Numbered from the stretch's first letter, positions 14,362 through 30,800 are shown. The stretch is 64,000 bases of DNA from Eledone cirrhosa (GCA_964016885.1 OZ024745.1:37510001-37574000), one strand, 5' to 3'. The notes: a model not told the origin generated them from the sequence alone. Made by a program: numbers and translations.

Positions 14362-14586
14362 AATGTAACTAACTTTCTTGCTAAATTCCTCAAAATTCTA
14401 AATCATCTTTAAAATTAATTGAAAATCAGAGGCAATATTTTTTCCTTAGAAATATGGCAACGAAAATAACGTGATTTGTTTCTTTCGTTGCCATATTTCT
14501 AAGGAAAAAATATTGCCTGTGATTTTCAATTAATTTTAAAGATGATTTAGAATTTTGAGGAATTTAGCAAGAAAGTTAGTTACATT
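14362..14586. repeat. Near-perfect fold-back (104-bp arms, 17-nt spacer) of a TTAA-type MITE fragment
   Basis: 14362-14465 / 14483-14586 with one mismatch seen. The arm tttcgttgccatatttct... matches the MITE family at 35.4-35.66 kb and 53.24-53.49 kb. Confidence 0.8.
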
Positions 14587-14732
14587 TTCTCTCTCATCTT
14601 ATTGTTCACATTTGATTGTACAGGTTATACAGTCATGTACGTGTGTGAACATGTGCATATTGTTGTCACTGTCTGTGCGTGCGTGTGTGTACCTACGAAT
14701 GTATGCTGAGGGGTGAATACTCATTTCATGTA

Positions 14733-14791
<59 letters not shown>

Positions 14792-15412
14792 AATGTGCGG
14801 CGTGTCAACGTGTGTATTGTGTGTACATATTTGCATACAAAAATATTTTCCTTAATCAATTTATTCATTTTCTTACCCCTTTTTTATGGGACTCTGAGGT
14901 ATACACTTTCATTTACAACTTGATTGTCTCCTAGCTAAAGTTTTAAGCTTATTTCACGTGTCACCTGCTTAACCAATAGGCAGTGTGTGTTTCTCTTGTA
15001 TTTTTTATCTGTTTGTTAAGTCATGATGTATGTCACAAACCAGGACTATCGATAGTTTCTGTACTACATTCTGCTCATAACAGTTAAAACTGCAACTGTC
15101 ATTAACAGTAGATATGGAATATCCCCAGACATTACATAACTGGGCGCTGCAGCAGATCATCAATGGGTAATCGTTCATCTCAAACGGAAAAAGTTTGTCG
15201 AAACGTTACCTCAAACTCCATTCGGCTGCCATCACTGTTAGGTGTAACAGTCACAGGCTTTTGTAGTCAATTGTGACCTCCCAACAGAGGAAGTCGGTTA
15301 AAACTGACCGTTGTGAGATGACGCGGTGGCAGAAAATTCAAAAACAGATATCAGGCTTTGAGCTCTCAACTTGTCTAATGCAGTAAAAAAAAAGGGGTCA
15401 GAAATGTTCGTG

Positions 15413-15447
<35 letters not shown>

Positions 15448-17453
15448 TTATACATATATATATATAATGTATATGTAACCATCTACCCCTTTGTTATTTC
15501 CATATGACTTTTGTAGCCAAGCAATGCGTTTTAAACATTTCCCCTCTCTCCACACACCCCTCTCTCTCACAATGTAACCTTCATTGTAAATACCTCCTTG
15601 GAATGGAAAACGACAGCAACATGACACTTATGTGTTATTCTACCCGCCTCAGCTGCAGCAGCAGCAGTAGCAGTAGTGATGGTTGTGGTGATGGTGGGTT
15701 TGGAAATTGTACTTCTGCAGGTGGTAGTAGTTGTGCAGATGGTGGTAGTCGTCGTTGTGGTAAAGAGTAGCGATGGTGATGGGTGGTGGTGGAAAAAATT
15801 ATAGATCATGCATTACATATCCTATAACTCTGCACTGCACCGTAATGAGAGCCGTTACGAGATCATTCGGACATGCTGAAAATAGTAGCTAAATATCCCT
15901 CAAATCACACCTACTGTCTTAAAACATAACGAACATTTTGTCCGTGCATTCGCAATACATACAAAAGAAATGAAGATGACATGGCTGGAGGGCTTTAATC
16001 ATATATCAACTCGATGGGATTCGACTTGTGATAATGAACCCCCAAATGACGCACCATTACGCTACTACATAAAATGATCCGATGAAGAAGTGTGTATGCA
16101 GTCAGTCGACTTTTCAAACATAATAGCCAAACCTCGCGCATCATAACATTAGATAATGCAGTCGTAGATACTCGAGGGTCTCAAGACACGCTACTATTAG
16201 AAAACTTAAGTTCATTTAATAAATAAAAGTTTTCAGTTATTAAATGGTAGTGCACCTTTTGGGCTATCATGTATAATAAATATATCTGAATATAAGATGG
16301 AGTTTGTTACGGCTGGAATGCCTTTAATGGCAGCCCTCTTTGATCAGAGACGATCGGGTGACAAAACCACACCAACATAAACAAAAAGTACAATATAAAC
16401 TCTTCTATACAACAATTACTGTATTATGGCGGTGGCCCAGCGCGGCCTCAGCCTCTCGGCTGGAACACGAAATAGAGTAATTACCCCCCCCCCCCCCACA
16501 CACACACACTCACAAAAGAGTGCAATATATGAAAACTATTGTTACAACTCAATATGTATTTTAATTGAAAAGAATTACTTGCAAAAACAGCAGCTAAACA
16601 ACAGTCACAAGAGTTACTGATTTATTAGATATTACCTGTCACAGAGTGACTGAAGAGAGGTCGTTAAGATGAGATTATTCAAAACGAAAACCTCCTCTTG
16701 AACTGCTGGGAATTGCTTTGGTTTCCATTAGAATTTAAAACACTAGACGAAGTAGATTGAGGATAACAGATGACCAATAACATTGAACATTGACTACATA
16801 TTTCAAAGGATCTCGAAACTACAGGCTTGTTTGGCGGAGAAATCTCAGATATTGAATCGGTGAGCAATATATCTTCACTGTGTTTCTGAGATATTGTCTA
16901 AATGCTGTCACCAGAAGAAGTTTCACCCGTCTAGTTTGTAGGCGGCCAAATACACCGATCGGTTCCGACGAGAGTAAGCATAGGCTAGGTAGCCCTTCCT
17001 ATAACACGCTAGTTCCTCGTCTTAAGGCCTGCAGTAAATTCAACGTCATAAAATACCTTCACCCACACGAATCTACCTAATTAGTGCTCTATCGTCATAC
17101 CAACATCCCCCAAACTTCTCAAAATATTTTTTGATCAATGACATGTATAATTCATAGGAGTAACAATATGGTGAATCCTATACTGTTCGCCTATAGATAC
17201 TCAACATCGTATATACAGTTAGTACAGAAAAACGTATACACACATGTATATGCGTAGATTTGTATATGAATTGTGTGTGTATATATATATATGTATATAT
17301 ATATATGTATATATATATATGTATGTATATATATTTACGTGTGTGTGTGTGTGTGTGTGTGTATGAATATATATACATATGTGTGTGTGTATGAATATAT
17401 ATACATGTGTGTGTGTGTGTGTGTGTATGTATGAATATACATACATATATATA

Positions 17454-17497
<44 letters not shown>

Positions 17498-17989
17498 TAT
17501 ATATATATATATATATACACATACACATACACATACACATATACACATACACATATGTATACACATACATACATATTGTGTGAGAGGGTGTATTTGTGTA
17601 TAGATGTGTGTAGGATTAATAGCAAATATACAAATGAATAAACATAAAATAAGGGTTCAGTTTACTGAGAAAGTAAACTGGCGCTTGCCTGCAGCAAGAT
17701 GGCGGTACTATTGTAGAACCATTTTCCTTCCTATCGTGATCCCAATTTACAAAATGTTCATTGTTAGAAAAGCGTAGGAAACAAGATTTTACTCTTTTGT
17801 TTTTGTTGGGGTGGTATCTTGTTGGTGACTCATATGTATGTATATGTGTATTAATCTATATGTAAATATGTATGTATATATAAGTATGCACATTATGTAT
17901 ATATATATATATATATATATACAAATGTATGTATATACATATACATACATTTATATATATATATATATATGAATGTATACATATAAATG

Positions 17990-18044
<55 letters not shown>

Positions 18045-18048
<4 letters not shown>

Positions 18049-18369
18049 AAGTATGACCCCAACGGCAGAGCTCAAGCCGTTTCGACAGCTATTTCTGTAC
18101 TGGAGTTGTTGTAGGAATCTGTTGTGTCTGGGTCTGAATTTAATGCTCTTGACCAGGTGGTCGTTCTCGAAGGGCGAGAGCTTAGATTTCGGAGGGGGAG
18201 ATTTGTAGGTATTTCGACGGCTATTTCTGGACTCCAGAAATAGCCGTCGAAACGGTTTGAGCTCTGCCGTCGGGGTCATATTTTTTCCTATTTCCCACTC
18301 TACTACCCTAAGTATTGAGTACTTTGATGCGTTATGGTCCATCTGGTTCCTTACCACAATTCGTTCGTT
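18045..18369. mobile_element. Penelope-like element remnant: inverted arms enclosing an ORF fragment
   Basis: Arms 18045-18097 / 18235-18287. The spacer on the - strand translates to [35 protein letters not shown], resembling the PP..L..FE.DL..LV..IKFR...N.F motif N-terminal to Penelope-like RTs (recalled similarity). Flanked on both sides by (TA)n. Confidence 0.62.
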
Positions 18370-18396
18370 ATATATATATAAATATATATATAAATG

Positions 18397-18440
<44 letters not shown>

Positions 18441-18689
18441 TATATATATGCATATATATATTTGTATGTATGTGTGTACTTATGTAGGGAACTCAAAATA
18501 CGCCACACGGAAATATGTAGTATGAATACGCCAAAGAACAGTATACACATATATAAAGAAAGCCTCTCTGAGGCACAAGCCCGGTGCATTTGCGGAAAAC
18601 CAGCATTTGCTCATACCTGATATACGCTCCTCTCTACGATACTGATGTTATCCGAGTAAAAAACAACAGCCGATACAGAGTAATATTGG

Positions 18690-19493
18690 GGATGGAAGAA
18701 AGTCGATTACGTTGACACCAACCAGTACGTGACAGGTAATGTAATTCGTCGCCCCCAAACGCATGAAAGCCAAATTTGAACTCAGAACGTAAAGAGCCGT
18801 ATAGGTTACAAAGCATTTTGTCTGACATTCTGACGACTCTGTCCATCCACTGCACTAATTATAAGAATAATTGTTTCTACATTTGGCACAATGCCATTAA
18901 TTTGAATGGAAGGGGAAAGGCGACTAAATCGACTCCAGTGCCTTACTGGTACTTTATTTTATCGACCCTAAAAGGTTGAAAGGCAAAGTTGACCTCAGCG
19001 GGATTTGGTCTCGGAAGTTAAAGGGCCGTAACTCTATGCATCGGAGCGGCATAGAGTTATTATAATAATAATAATTGTTTCTACTATTGGCACAAGGCCA
19101 GCAATTATCACAGTGCATTACTGGTACTTTATTTTATCGACCCCGTAAAGATGAAAGGCAAAATTAATCTCGGCGGGATTTGAACTCAGACCATAAAGGA
19201 GCGTAACTCTATGCTGGAAAGCACGGCATCCGACACTCTACCGACACTGCCAATTCACCGCCCATTATATAATAATAATGGTTTCTTATATAGGCACAAG
19301 GTCAGCATTTTGAGGGAGGGGAAAGTCGATTAAATCGACCCCGTTGCGTGACTGGTACTTTATTTTATCGACTCCGTAAGGATGAAAGGCAAAGTTAACC
19401 TCGGCGGGATTTGAATTCGGATTATAAAGGGCCGTAACTCTATTCTGCAAAGCATGGTGTCCGACTCTCAATCGATACTGCCAATCCACCGCC
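18690..19493 (-). mobile_element. Cluster of four head-to-tail OK-type SINEs
   Basis: Copies at ~18690-18855, 18869-19040, 19070-19263 and 19278-19493, separated by (AAT)n. Confidence 0.8.
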
Positions 19494-19817
19494 CCTCCCT
19501 CTTTATCGAATAATAATATTAATAGTAATAATAATTTACTGACAAAGCAAAATACGTTGTATAAGATTTCTAAAAAGATCGAAACCCTGTACTCTGTTGT
19601 CTAATTAATCAATCATTTCACATAACTTCCTGCCACATCGGCTAACCTACTTATTACTCTATTTTGCCATATGGTTGCTGTTAGTTTGCTTCCATACATC
19701 GACTTAGAGACTTTAAATAACGGTTATGTTGGTTTGGAAAAATTGAGGAGTAAGGGAAGGCCATCGGATGATTAGTGTAAGTGTGTGGGCGTACGTTTGT
19801 ATACACCAGATGGACGG

Positions 19818-21781
<1,964 letters not shown>

Positions 21782-22443
21782 AAGAGAGAAGGAAAACAAT
21801 TGAGGCCAAGAAAAGAGAACGCAAGAGATTTTTGTGAGAGGAGGCGCTTAAGTGTGATTTTGTATTTGTGTGAAAGACAGAAAGAGATACATATGCGGAG
21901 AGAGAGAGAGAGAGATAGGTGTGTATTGTGTACATGAAGCTTAGAATAAGTGTGTGTGTGTGTGTGTGTGGTACGTGAATGATTGTATACGTATGTGTGA
22001 ATGTGCAAGAGGATTATAATGATAGAATAGTCGAAGAGAGAGAGAGGGGGTGAAGGACGTATTTGTAGAGAAAGAAAACATAAAACCCGTAATAGTATGA
22101 TGGCTGGTTGCAAAACAGCAAAGTCGTTTTTACAAACTGCCATATGTGTTACAATGCCAGCTCAGTAGTGACAGGTGGTAAAGCTGTGTGAGCAACAGAT
22201 TGGACTCAAAATGTTTACGACACCTCCACCCAAACTAACCCATCTCCACCCTCACACCGTGTCCCCAGGGCGTGGGAATAAGCAGCAGATTGTCGGCAGA
22301 TTTGTTTGTATATTTTTATTAGTAGCTGATTGCTTACACAGATTCATGGAAACATACCTATACATATTAAACTATATACCTAACTACAAGTGACCTTAAT
22401 GACAATGTTTAAACACAATTATAATAAAAACAAAAACAGTGAC

Positions 22444-22640
22444 AATAATTGTTTCTACTTTTGGCACCAGGCCAGCAATTATATTTAGTGCATTACTGGT
22501 ATTTTATTTTATCGACCCCGTAAGGATGAAAGGCAAAGTTGACCTCGGCGGGATTTGAACTCAGATCATAAAGGGCCGTAACTCTATGCTTCAAAGCATG
22601 GGCGCCCGACCCTCTACCGATACTGCCAATCCGACCATCC
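22444..22640 (-). mobile_element. OK-type SINE, short variant
   Basis: Full-length match to the 37364-37556 copy. Confidence 0.8.
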
Positions 22641-24106
22641 ATTATTAGCCACAAGGGTCCTTAATATACTAGACGTAAGGATGTACATATAAGAGAAAGG
22701 TAGGGAGCAAAAGCCTAATACAATATATTAAAGCAGGTTAAAAAGTCTGGACTCAAAACAAATGAAAATAAAATTAACGTATCTACAGAGAGGAATGCGA
22801 AACTAATCATTTTCGTTGTTAACCAGGAAGCTTTCATACTCCCTTCCTACTAATTTTGAGGTGTCCATCTTCAAAATATGTAAATGTTGTAAATGACTTT
22901 CAAAAATGTAGACAGTTTTAAATGTCTGAAGATTACACATTCTTCTATCCCAAGCAATGAGCTAGGCCCTCAAATATAGTAACAACAGCAAGATAATAAT
23001 AATATTAATAACTCTAAATGTTATTCAATAGACATAGTAATAAAGAAAAATACATTAACTTTCTTTTGATAGTTTTAGTTTCATTTAATAAACTGTAGCC
23101 CTGCTGGAACACCAACTTACGACCAATCACATTGACCCCAGTACATTCTTTTTTTAATCTAGTACTTTTTTTATATTAACAATAATAAATATAGCCTAAG
23201 TAATTTCCTTTGCAATAAAGTGAAGTCATTTGTTTTTCTTTCTGTACTGCCGGCTGGTTTCCCAGTTTCACTTAGAAGGCTTTTATCGACCTGAAGCAAT
23301 GGTAGAAATCATTTGCACTAAGTGTTATATAGTAGAATAAAGCCTGAATCCCACTAGCCATGAAACGATATTTTAAACCACACAGCCATGTATTTACTCA
23401 ATTCAAAATATATATTCTAAAAAACTGTTTCAGCTATTTCTTTTTTATATTATAGCTTTAATTATTTACATTTCCTATTGCTTAGTGTTAGGTTTTTAAC
23501 TCAGAAATTTTTTATTGGTACTTATGATTCTCCTTATGGCGAAAAATCATCGAAGCTCTATAGCATCCCGCAGATGTGAAACGATTAAAAAACTTCACAA
23601 CATTTCTTATTCATCATTTGCTCTTAGTGACGATTGGGTAGCAGCGTGTTAATACATGACGATGTGGAAAAATCTTTAGATAAAGTCAGCCATATTGGAA
23701 TGAAGTCTGTGTAGGATTTACAGACGAGAATTTCAATTATTATTCAGAAAATTCCTTACTTTTTTTTTTTTTTTTTTTTTGCTTTCCCATTTCTCAGTTT
23801 CCAATGTTCCTCGATAATATGAATGCATATTTAAAAGTTCCATTAAAATAAACAAAGGAAATGTAAATATGTCAAAATATGACATCTATACCAACAGAAA
23901 AGTATGTTAAATATTATAACACTTGCGATATAAACTGAATTAATACAAGACAGTGGGAGGGTATGTTTTTGGTAACTGGCAACTCTGCTAGAAATATCAA
24001 TCAAAGCTCAATCAAGGTGGCACGTCTGGAATACTTTTGATAATATGTGTGTGTATTTATATATGTATTTGTATGTGTGTGCATGTATTTTTAATCATAT
24101 GTATTG

Positions 24107-24137
<31 letters not shown>

Positions 24138-24227
24138 AGTTACAATCAGAATATTCCTTATAATTTTTTTCAAAACATTTTGAAGTTGAAGACAAATTTA
24201 ACAATATATCCTTTTGATTCTGTTTAG

Positions 24228-24409
24228 CTGCGGGAGTAGAAGCTGTAACAGAGGAAAATGTGAAAGAAGTCGTTTGTCAAATGATGTCGTTCAATGCATC
24301 AACACAACAGTGCCAACAGAAAGCCACCTTTAATTTCCACAGTCTCGAGAAGAAACGAAAAGTTCCAAGTTTCTCTCAGATTCAGCGGAGACGATCAAAA
24401 TATCTATAA
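24228..24409 (+). CDS. HLH protein, coding exon 3 (PAGVEAVTEENVKEVVCQMMSFNASTQQCQQKATFNFHSLEKKRKVPSFSQIQRRRSKYL*)
   Basis: Acceptor ttctgtttag ends at 24227. The phase-1 join matches exon 2 (C+CT=Pro), followed by 59 open codons to TAA at 24407-24409. Contains an NLS-like KKRK. Donor-like G|gtaggt at 24421. Confidence 0.72.
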
Positions 24410-24659
24410 TTTCTATAATGGTAGGTTGCTTTCTATATTCAACATAACACACAGACATTGAGGTGTATTAAAAGAAATGTTATCGAATATATGTGTATAT
24501 ATATATATAATGTGTGGGGGTGTGTATTTGTGTATATATGTGTATGTGTGTATATATGTGTATGTATGTATAAATGTGTATGTTTTGTGTGTGTGTATAT
24601 GTGTATATATTTATGTGTGTATATGTATGTGTGTGTATGTATATATATATATATATATA

Positions 24660-24840
24660 AGAGTTTATCCTGGGTTCAATTGGGCGTAACCACAGTAAGT
24701 AAGGTAGGTACTCAATATGTAGCAGGGTATAAATATTTAATATAGAAATGGCTTCTACGGGACTAGAACTGTCTCATTGGGGAGAAATCATCAGGAAGCC
24801 TGACGATTTCTCCTGAGTCCTGTAGAAGCCATTTCTATAT
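24660..24840. mobile_element. Short fold-back Penelope-like remnant between (TA)n tracts
   Basis: Outer IR tatagaaatggcttctac(g/a)ggact and inner hairpin ggagaaatc(a/g)tcagg-aag. Carries the GTACTCAATA motif at 24708-24717. Confidence 0.45.
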
Positions 24841-27645
24841 TATATATATGTGTGTTTAAACAGTATATATGTGTGTACAGAGAGAATAAACAATTTGGAT
24901 TGAGACTATTTTAATTGGAAAGAGAAAGAGAAGATAAAGAGGAAATTGTTTTGTTTTCTTTTTAATTCCATGTTAAACAAAATAAAAAATAAGAACTCTT
25001 TACCTATTTCCTTTCAGATAAGGAGAAAGAAAAGACAACAAATCCCAGACATAAACAACGAACATATCCATATATGGTTTTTGAAAGATTCCACCATTTT
25101 TCTGGTGACATTCCGTTGCATTCTTTTTTCTTTTCTTTTTCTTATATTTTCCTTGCAACTTGCTGCTGGAAGCTAGCGGAATACATCTGCCATAACTTCA
25201 GCAGGTATCCCCACTCTGTACTAAATACATACAGTAATCTCTTCAGTTGGGAGAGACCTGCAGCAGAAAGAAATAGAGGAAAAGAATGGAAGAAAGATTG
25301 AAAGAAAAGAGGAGAGGATGAGATGAAGCATGAAAGGACGTGTGCAAGAAGGACATTTTAATCTATGAAATTCAACTGCCTGGTTCACTTCTAACCAAAT
25401 ATTACACACAAAAGAACAAACCATACAGCCTAATCGACTGATCAAAGAGTGTTCAATAAAATAAGTTACCTCTGATGCTGTGTTAAAGAGGAGATGAAGG
25501 GGCACTTGTTTATAACTTTCTTACTATGTTTCTATTTATTAACTTTGAGTCCTTATATATAGACACAAGGTCTCGTAATTTGCTTTTCATTTTTTTTTTT
25601 AAGAATGGGAAATAATAATATTGCCATTCCTAAGGACATAAGCGGACTCAAATGAATTGAAACTGCCACAAATAAAGGTTGAAACAGAGGTGTGGATTTT
25701 TTCATTGTGAATCTCTCCATTTGTACTTTTTAACGCTTGCTTTTACTTACTTTTTTTTAACTAAAAGTGCAATGGACAACGATGTGCGGTGGTAAGATCA
25801 CAATGAACCTAGCCCACCATCTGGTTTCAGTTCTAGTTAGAAACATCTATATTGTATGTTTCTTAAAATGACATGACCATCACCCACCTCTACCCAACCC
25901 CGTACTCCTCCTACTATATAATATATATGTATATGCTTATGTAAAAAAATGTAATGAGTGATGTGGTGTAAGGTATGTTCATAGAGAATTGAGTATGCAA
26001 CCCAAGTGTTTTATTTCCTCATGGAACTGCTCTGCTTATTTCACTAACATATATATTAAGGAAAGCTGCAAACGTCACAAATGTTTATTTTCTTCTCTTT
26101 TCAAACTCTAATAAGGCTTTCATGGCAATATGTGAAATATTATGAATAGTAGTAGATGCCATATTTTGGTGATCTACTGCATATAGATTGGTGCCCCATA
26201 TACCAGCAATGTATTGTGTCTTTCAACAATAACAATATTTCATATAAAATAGTTAACAAATCATCATTGATATTGTTGTAATTTTTGTCGTTGTTACATT
26301 GGCTTTTGTAAAACCATTTTGATAAGCTCTATTTTCACTATTTGGTGAAACCTATATTCATTGATAATTGAACAACAGATGATGATGATGACAAAATAAT
26401 AATAATAATATTAATAAACACCTGACACCATAGCATACCTCACACATCAAAAACTCTATATAATCATCACCTAATAATATAACACTACACATACTCTTAC
26501 ATAATCGAATCAAATATTATAACATATCTTTCACATCACCAACAAATCACGTCACTCTGCCACCCAATAATGTAACACAACACACCCAGCCTATACTCTA
26601 GACAATTATTACTCATCATTATGCAACCAATACATTGCACATATATTCAACATTACACACAGATGAACTGCCAAAGTACTACTAGAAAAAACAAATCAAA
26701 TGTTAATGACAAAGCAAAAGAGATGGACAAATGTAAGCACAATTCTGCATCACGAGGAAAATGCTGCACACACACACAGATGCACCACAGAAATATAGGG
26801 GTACAACTGATGGAGCAGTGGAAACTCGCTTGAAGACATGATGATGATACCACATACTGAAAACTGCATTACTAGGCACACATACTACTGCACACATGAA
26901 GAGTAATTCAATAGAATAGAAACAACACTAAAACATAATACTGCACATATGCAAGGCACATAAAGCTGTGCCGGGTAAAGCAGTGACAGCACACAATAAT
27001 AATAATAAATGCCACTGTAATTCTTCTTGGCAAGTCCCAAACCCAATGACATGAGAAAAGCTATTATGGATATGAAGTGATGAACACTTGACTTGGCAGT
27101 CCTTATGGTCATACTGCACCATATATATATAATAAATAGGGTGGTAAAAAGGTTCCCCATTTTGTATTTTTACATCACTTCATCATTAACCATCCCACCA
27201 ACTCTTCTAAAATTTTTTTACAAATCTATCTTGGATTTTATCCATTGTATCTGTGTATCCCTGGTTTTGTCCTCATAGCTTTTGTATGAGTAGCTTGCTT
27301 TACTATTTACACTTATATTTATTTTATACTGAAATTTTACATAATTTTTTAAGTTGTTGGTACTCTACAGATGATGCTTTCATGATTCAATGAAGGATGA
27401 TATATCTGGCCACAGCAATATAGTTGAAAAGAAAATGTCCATTCCAGGAAGTCAGGGAAATGAGTATAAATTATAAACTAGGGTAGATAAGTTGCATCAT
27501 TTTCCCTTCCAGGCAAACAAGTATCTTTTTTTTTTTCAAACAAATAAATAAACAAATCAACATCTCATATTCCTAAAGCTGAGATTGGTTTGTAAAGATT
27601 TGTAGTTAGATTAAATACTACAACAATAACTAGTTCTATCCCAAC

Positions 27646-27893
27646 AGTTCACAACATGGGGGTTCATAAAGATGGTACAGGGAGCCCATGAACTGAGTTA
27701 AGTTCAATATTTCAATTACTTTCTTAAATCATAATATGTATAGACTATTAACTGTCCAATTCTCCTCTAAGTATAAGCAAATCTCTTTCGATTGTTATGC
27801 TTACTGCATAACAATCTGGAAGAGGAGCAATTATAGTGAGAAAATTTATTCAAATAAAAAGGGTTCCTGGTAGGAAAAGGCTGAGAACCACTG
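27646..27893. mobile_element. hAT-like MITE
   Basis: Right TIR ggctgagaaccactg and degenerate left TIR cagttcacaac, with gggttcc/gggttc subterminal motifs typical of Charlie-type MITEs. Confidence 0.45.
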
Positions 27894-30800
27894 TTCCAGT
27901 TGATATGTGTCTTAGTACCATCACTGAATGGTCAACTTGGCAACCAATCGATCAAAGATCAATAAAGTAACAACAATAAATAATTAAATCACATGACGAT
28001 TAACATAAATAAGAAGTAAAATCTCACTGAACTGATTCCCCATTGAAGCGACTTCAGATCACTTACACTGCTAATGCCCTTTCATTCATATAATAATAAT
28101 ATGATCAGTAATTCCTATAGGTTTGAGGCATTGTTGTGTTTATTTAGTGGGACAAAATCAGTAAATGGTCAGTCAAATCAGTCAGTCAGTCACCCCCCCC
28201 CCCCCCCACCTCAACATTTCATTCATCCATTCATTGCCTGAGGTCAGTGAGCTGTGTAATCTGTCTCTCTGTGCGAAACAAGATTATTTATTAAATCTTA
28301 GAGTGAGCTTGAACAATCACGGAAACATAATAATCGGAGAGGAATTAGTCTCTATCCCTCGCACACACACAAATAATACAGATAACATAGACACGGTCAT
28401 GTATTGAATTTAATAGTACACTCACACACACAATGTTTATAGTGTATGTGTACAATGGTGTAGTAAAAGTAGGGGTGGAAAGAGTCGGGGGGGGGGGGGG
28501 GGGGCGACATTATACAAAAAAAGAGAGCAAAATAAAAAAAAAATAAATGAGTAGAAGAACGAATTATGAAAAGTGTTAATTCTTTAGTTTTCGATTAACC
28601 TTCTTAGCTTACGGCGGCTGGTTCTTGTCAAAGACAGCTGTGCGCAGTCGTGAAACTTTCCAGCCTTGTTTTTTTCTCCTATGTTGTATGTATATTGTTT
28701 GTTAACACGCACTTCGAACATTCCCTTCTTGAATGCCACAATTCTTGTCAGCTCTCCTCCTCGATGTAATGAGAATCACAGGAAAAAGTTGAATTTAGAA
28801 TAATATAAAGTTGAATTTAGAATAATATAAAAAGATTCTCACAATTCTTCTTCTTCTTCTTCTTCTTTTTTTTTCTTTCTTTTTTCTCTTTTTTTTTCTT
28901 TATTCGCCACAAGAGCAACAGATATAATACTAATACAAAGAAAATTTACAAAAGCAATGTGGTTTTTACATAGAATTTGAACGTTAAAACAAATAGATAA
29001 AAATCAAATGATTTCTTTTATTGTTATAAGGGCAACAGATGGGCGACATTTCAAAAACAAACAATAATTTCATTTATTGGGCCCCGAGGGCCAAACACGT
29101 TGGGAACAAACTGTACAGAGAAAACTAGAAAAGAATGGGGGGGGACGAAAACGGTGGAGGATGTTGTACATCGAGAAAATGGTGAGATCAACAATAACAA
29201 TAAATATACACTAATAAATAAATAAGAAAATAATAGTGAAGGAAGGAAAAACGAGCAAGTTAATTCCATAGGGACGGGAGGGTGTCTAATAGAATAGACC
29301 AAGGATATCACTGGTGTTTATCTAATAATAAAACAGAAAGTTGAATTCTAAGATATAATGGCACATAGTTATAGTCAAGGGAAAATGTCTGACTTTCTCT
29401 AGAACTTCAGTGGTTTATAAGTAAAGTAAATCAACTGAAACTGAGAACCAGATGGCAGAGATTGCCCACTAATGATTTGTATTTGGGACTGTCTGTGGAT
29501 CACACCCTTCAGGAAGAGGTGATATAACTTTCTTCTGATGATGTTGATGACGAACGAAACCAAGTATAGAGTGTATAGTCGATTACTTTGTACCCTAGTA
29601 TTTTACTGGTATTAGATGAAGTCATTGTGCAGTGATAACTTGAAAGACAACAGTGACAAAAATGACACCTAAATATCTCAATAGAGAAGTGGAACAGAAA
29701 TGCAATAGCTTGACCGTGAACTGGTAGATTCGACAGAACGTCGGACAAAATCCTTTGCGATATTTGTTCCAGAACTTTATCTTCCGAGTTAAAGTATTGA
29801 GGTCGATTTTTATCGACTAACCTCTTCTCCTTCCCACCGAATTTCTTGTCTTCTAACGAATGCTATGTTAGAAACAATTATTAAAATACAATCAATTGTA
29901 TTATTTTATAGGAGAAAAAAAAACGAAATAAAACAACAAAAATAGAAATTCTAAAAAGGACAGCAAGAGAATGGAAAGGATTTTGTCACACACACATACA
30001 TGGACTTGCCAATGACTAAACATCTTTTCCTAATTAGTGTCCTGCACAAGGAATAGAAAGATCAGTAGTAGTAGTAACATATTGAATACCGAAAGCATAC
30101 CGCTAGTAACTATGACAGTACTTGTCAGCCAGGTAGATAGATACCAGGACAATCGTTGCGACGGATTTGAGGTTGACATCTGTCACCATTACACTTAGAC
30201 GTGCAACGAAACAGGTGCATGGCTAACACCGTATGTGTGTGTGGCATGCGTATGTTTGTACATACGACCGTATATAAACGCAGCAGGCTCGTGTATTTAC
30301 ATGCGCACATATATAATTGTATATACATACGCATACAAACATACATTTATATACATGTGCACTCACAAACACCCTGTCTCTCTCATACAAACACACACAT
30401 ACATATATATACATATGCACTCACAAACACACCCTGTCTCTCTCATACACACACACACGTACGTACATACATACATATATTTATATATATATATATATAT
30501 GAAATACACAAACGTATACATGCATACATTAATTGCGCTAACATCGACTTAGAGCTTCTTACCAACATCGATCAACTACAATTGGCTGGATAGTCTAGAA
30601 ACTGCACACATGAGAGCAATAACTTATATATATATATATATATATGTGTAGCTTTTCATCTGTGCCAAAGCTTGTATCCATTTCATTTCCTCTCATTTTT
30701 TCCTAAATGAATCTACGCAAAACTTTACAGACAAAAGTTTTAAGCCTATTTTGTGAATATTTCATATTTCATATATTTAACAATAGCAGCAACAACGATC

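Noticed and set aside
16651-16705. CTGAAGA followed by a GAGGT/ACCTC stem
   Set aside because: No GAAA directly after the stem and no helix III/NUH.
29528-29572. CTGATGA...GAAAC-caa-GTA hammerhead-like string in the putative 3'UTR
   Set aside because: Helix II needs a bulge at its base, the first helix I pair is U.U, and it overlaps a (GAT)n-like run with no (TA)n or repeat context. Probably chance.
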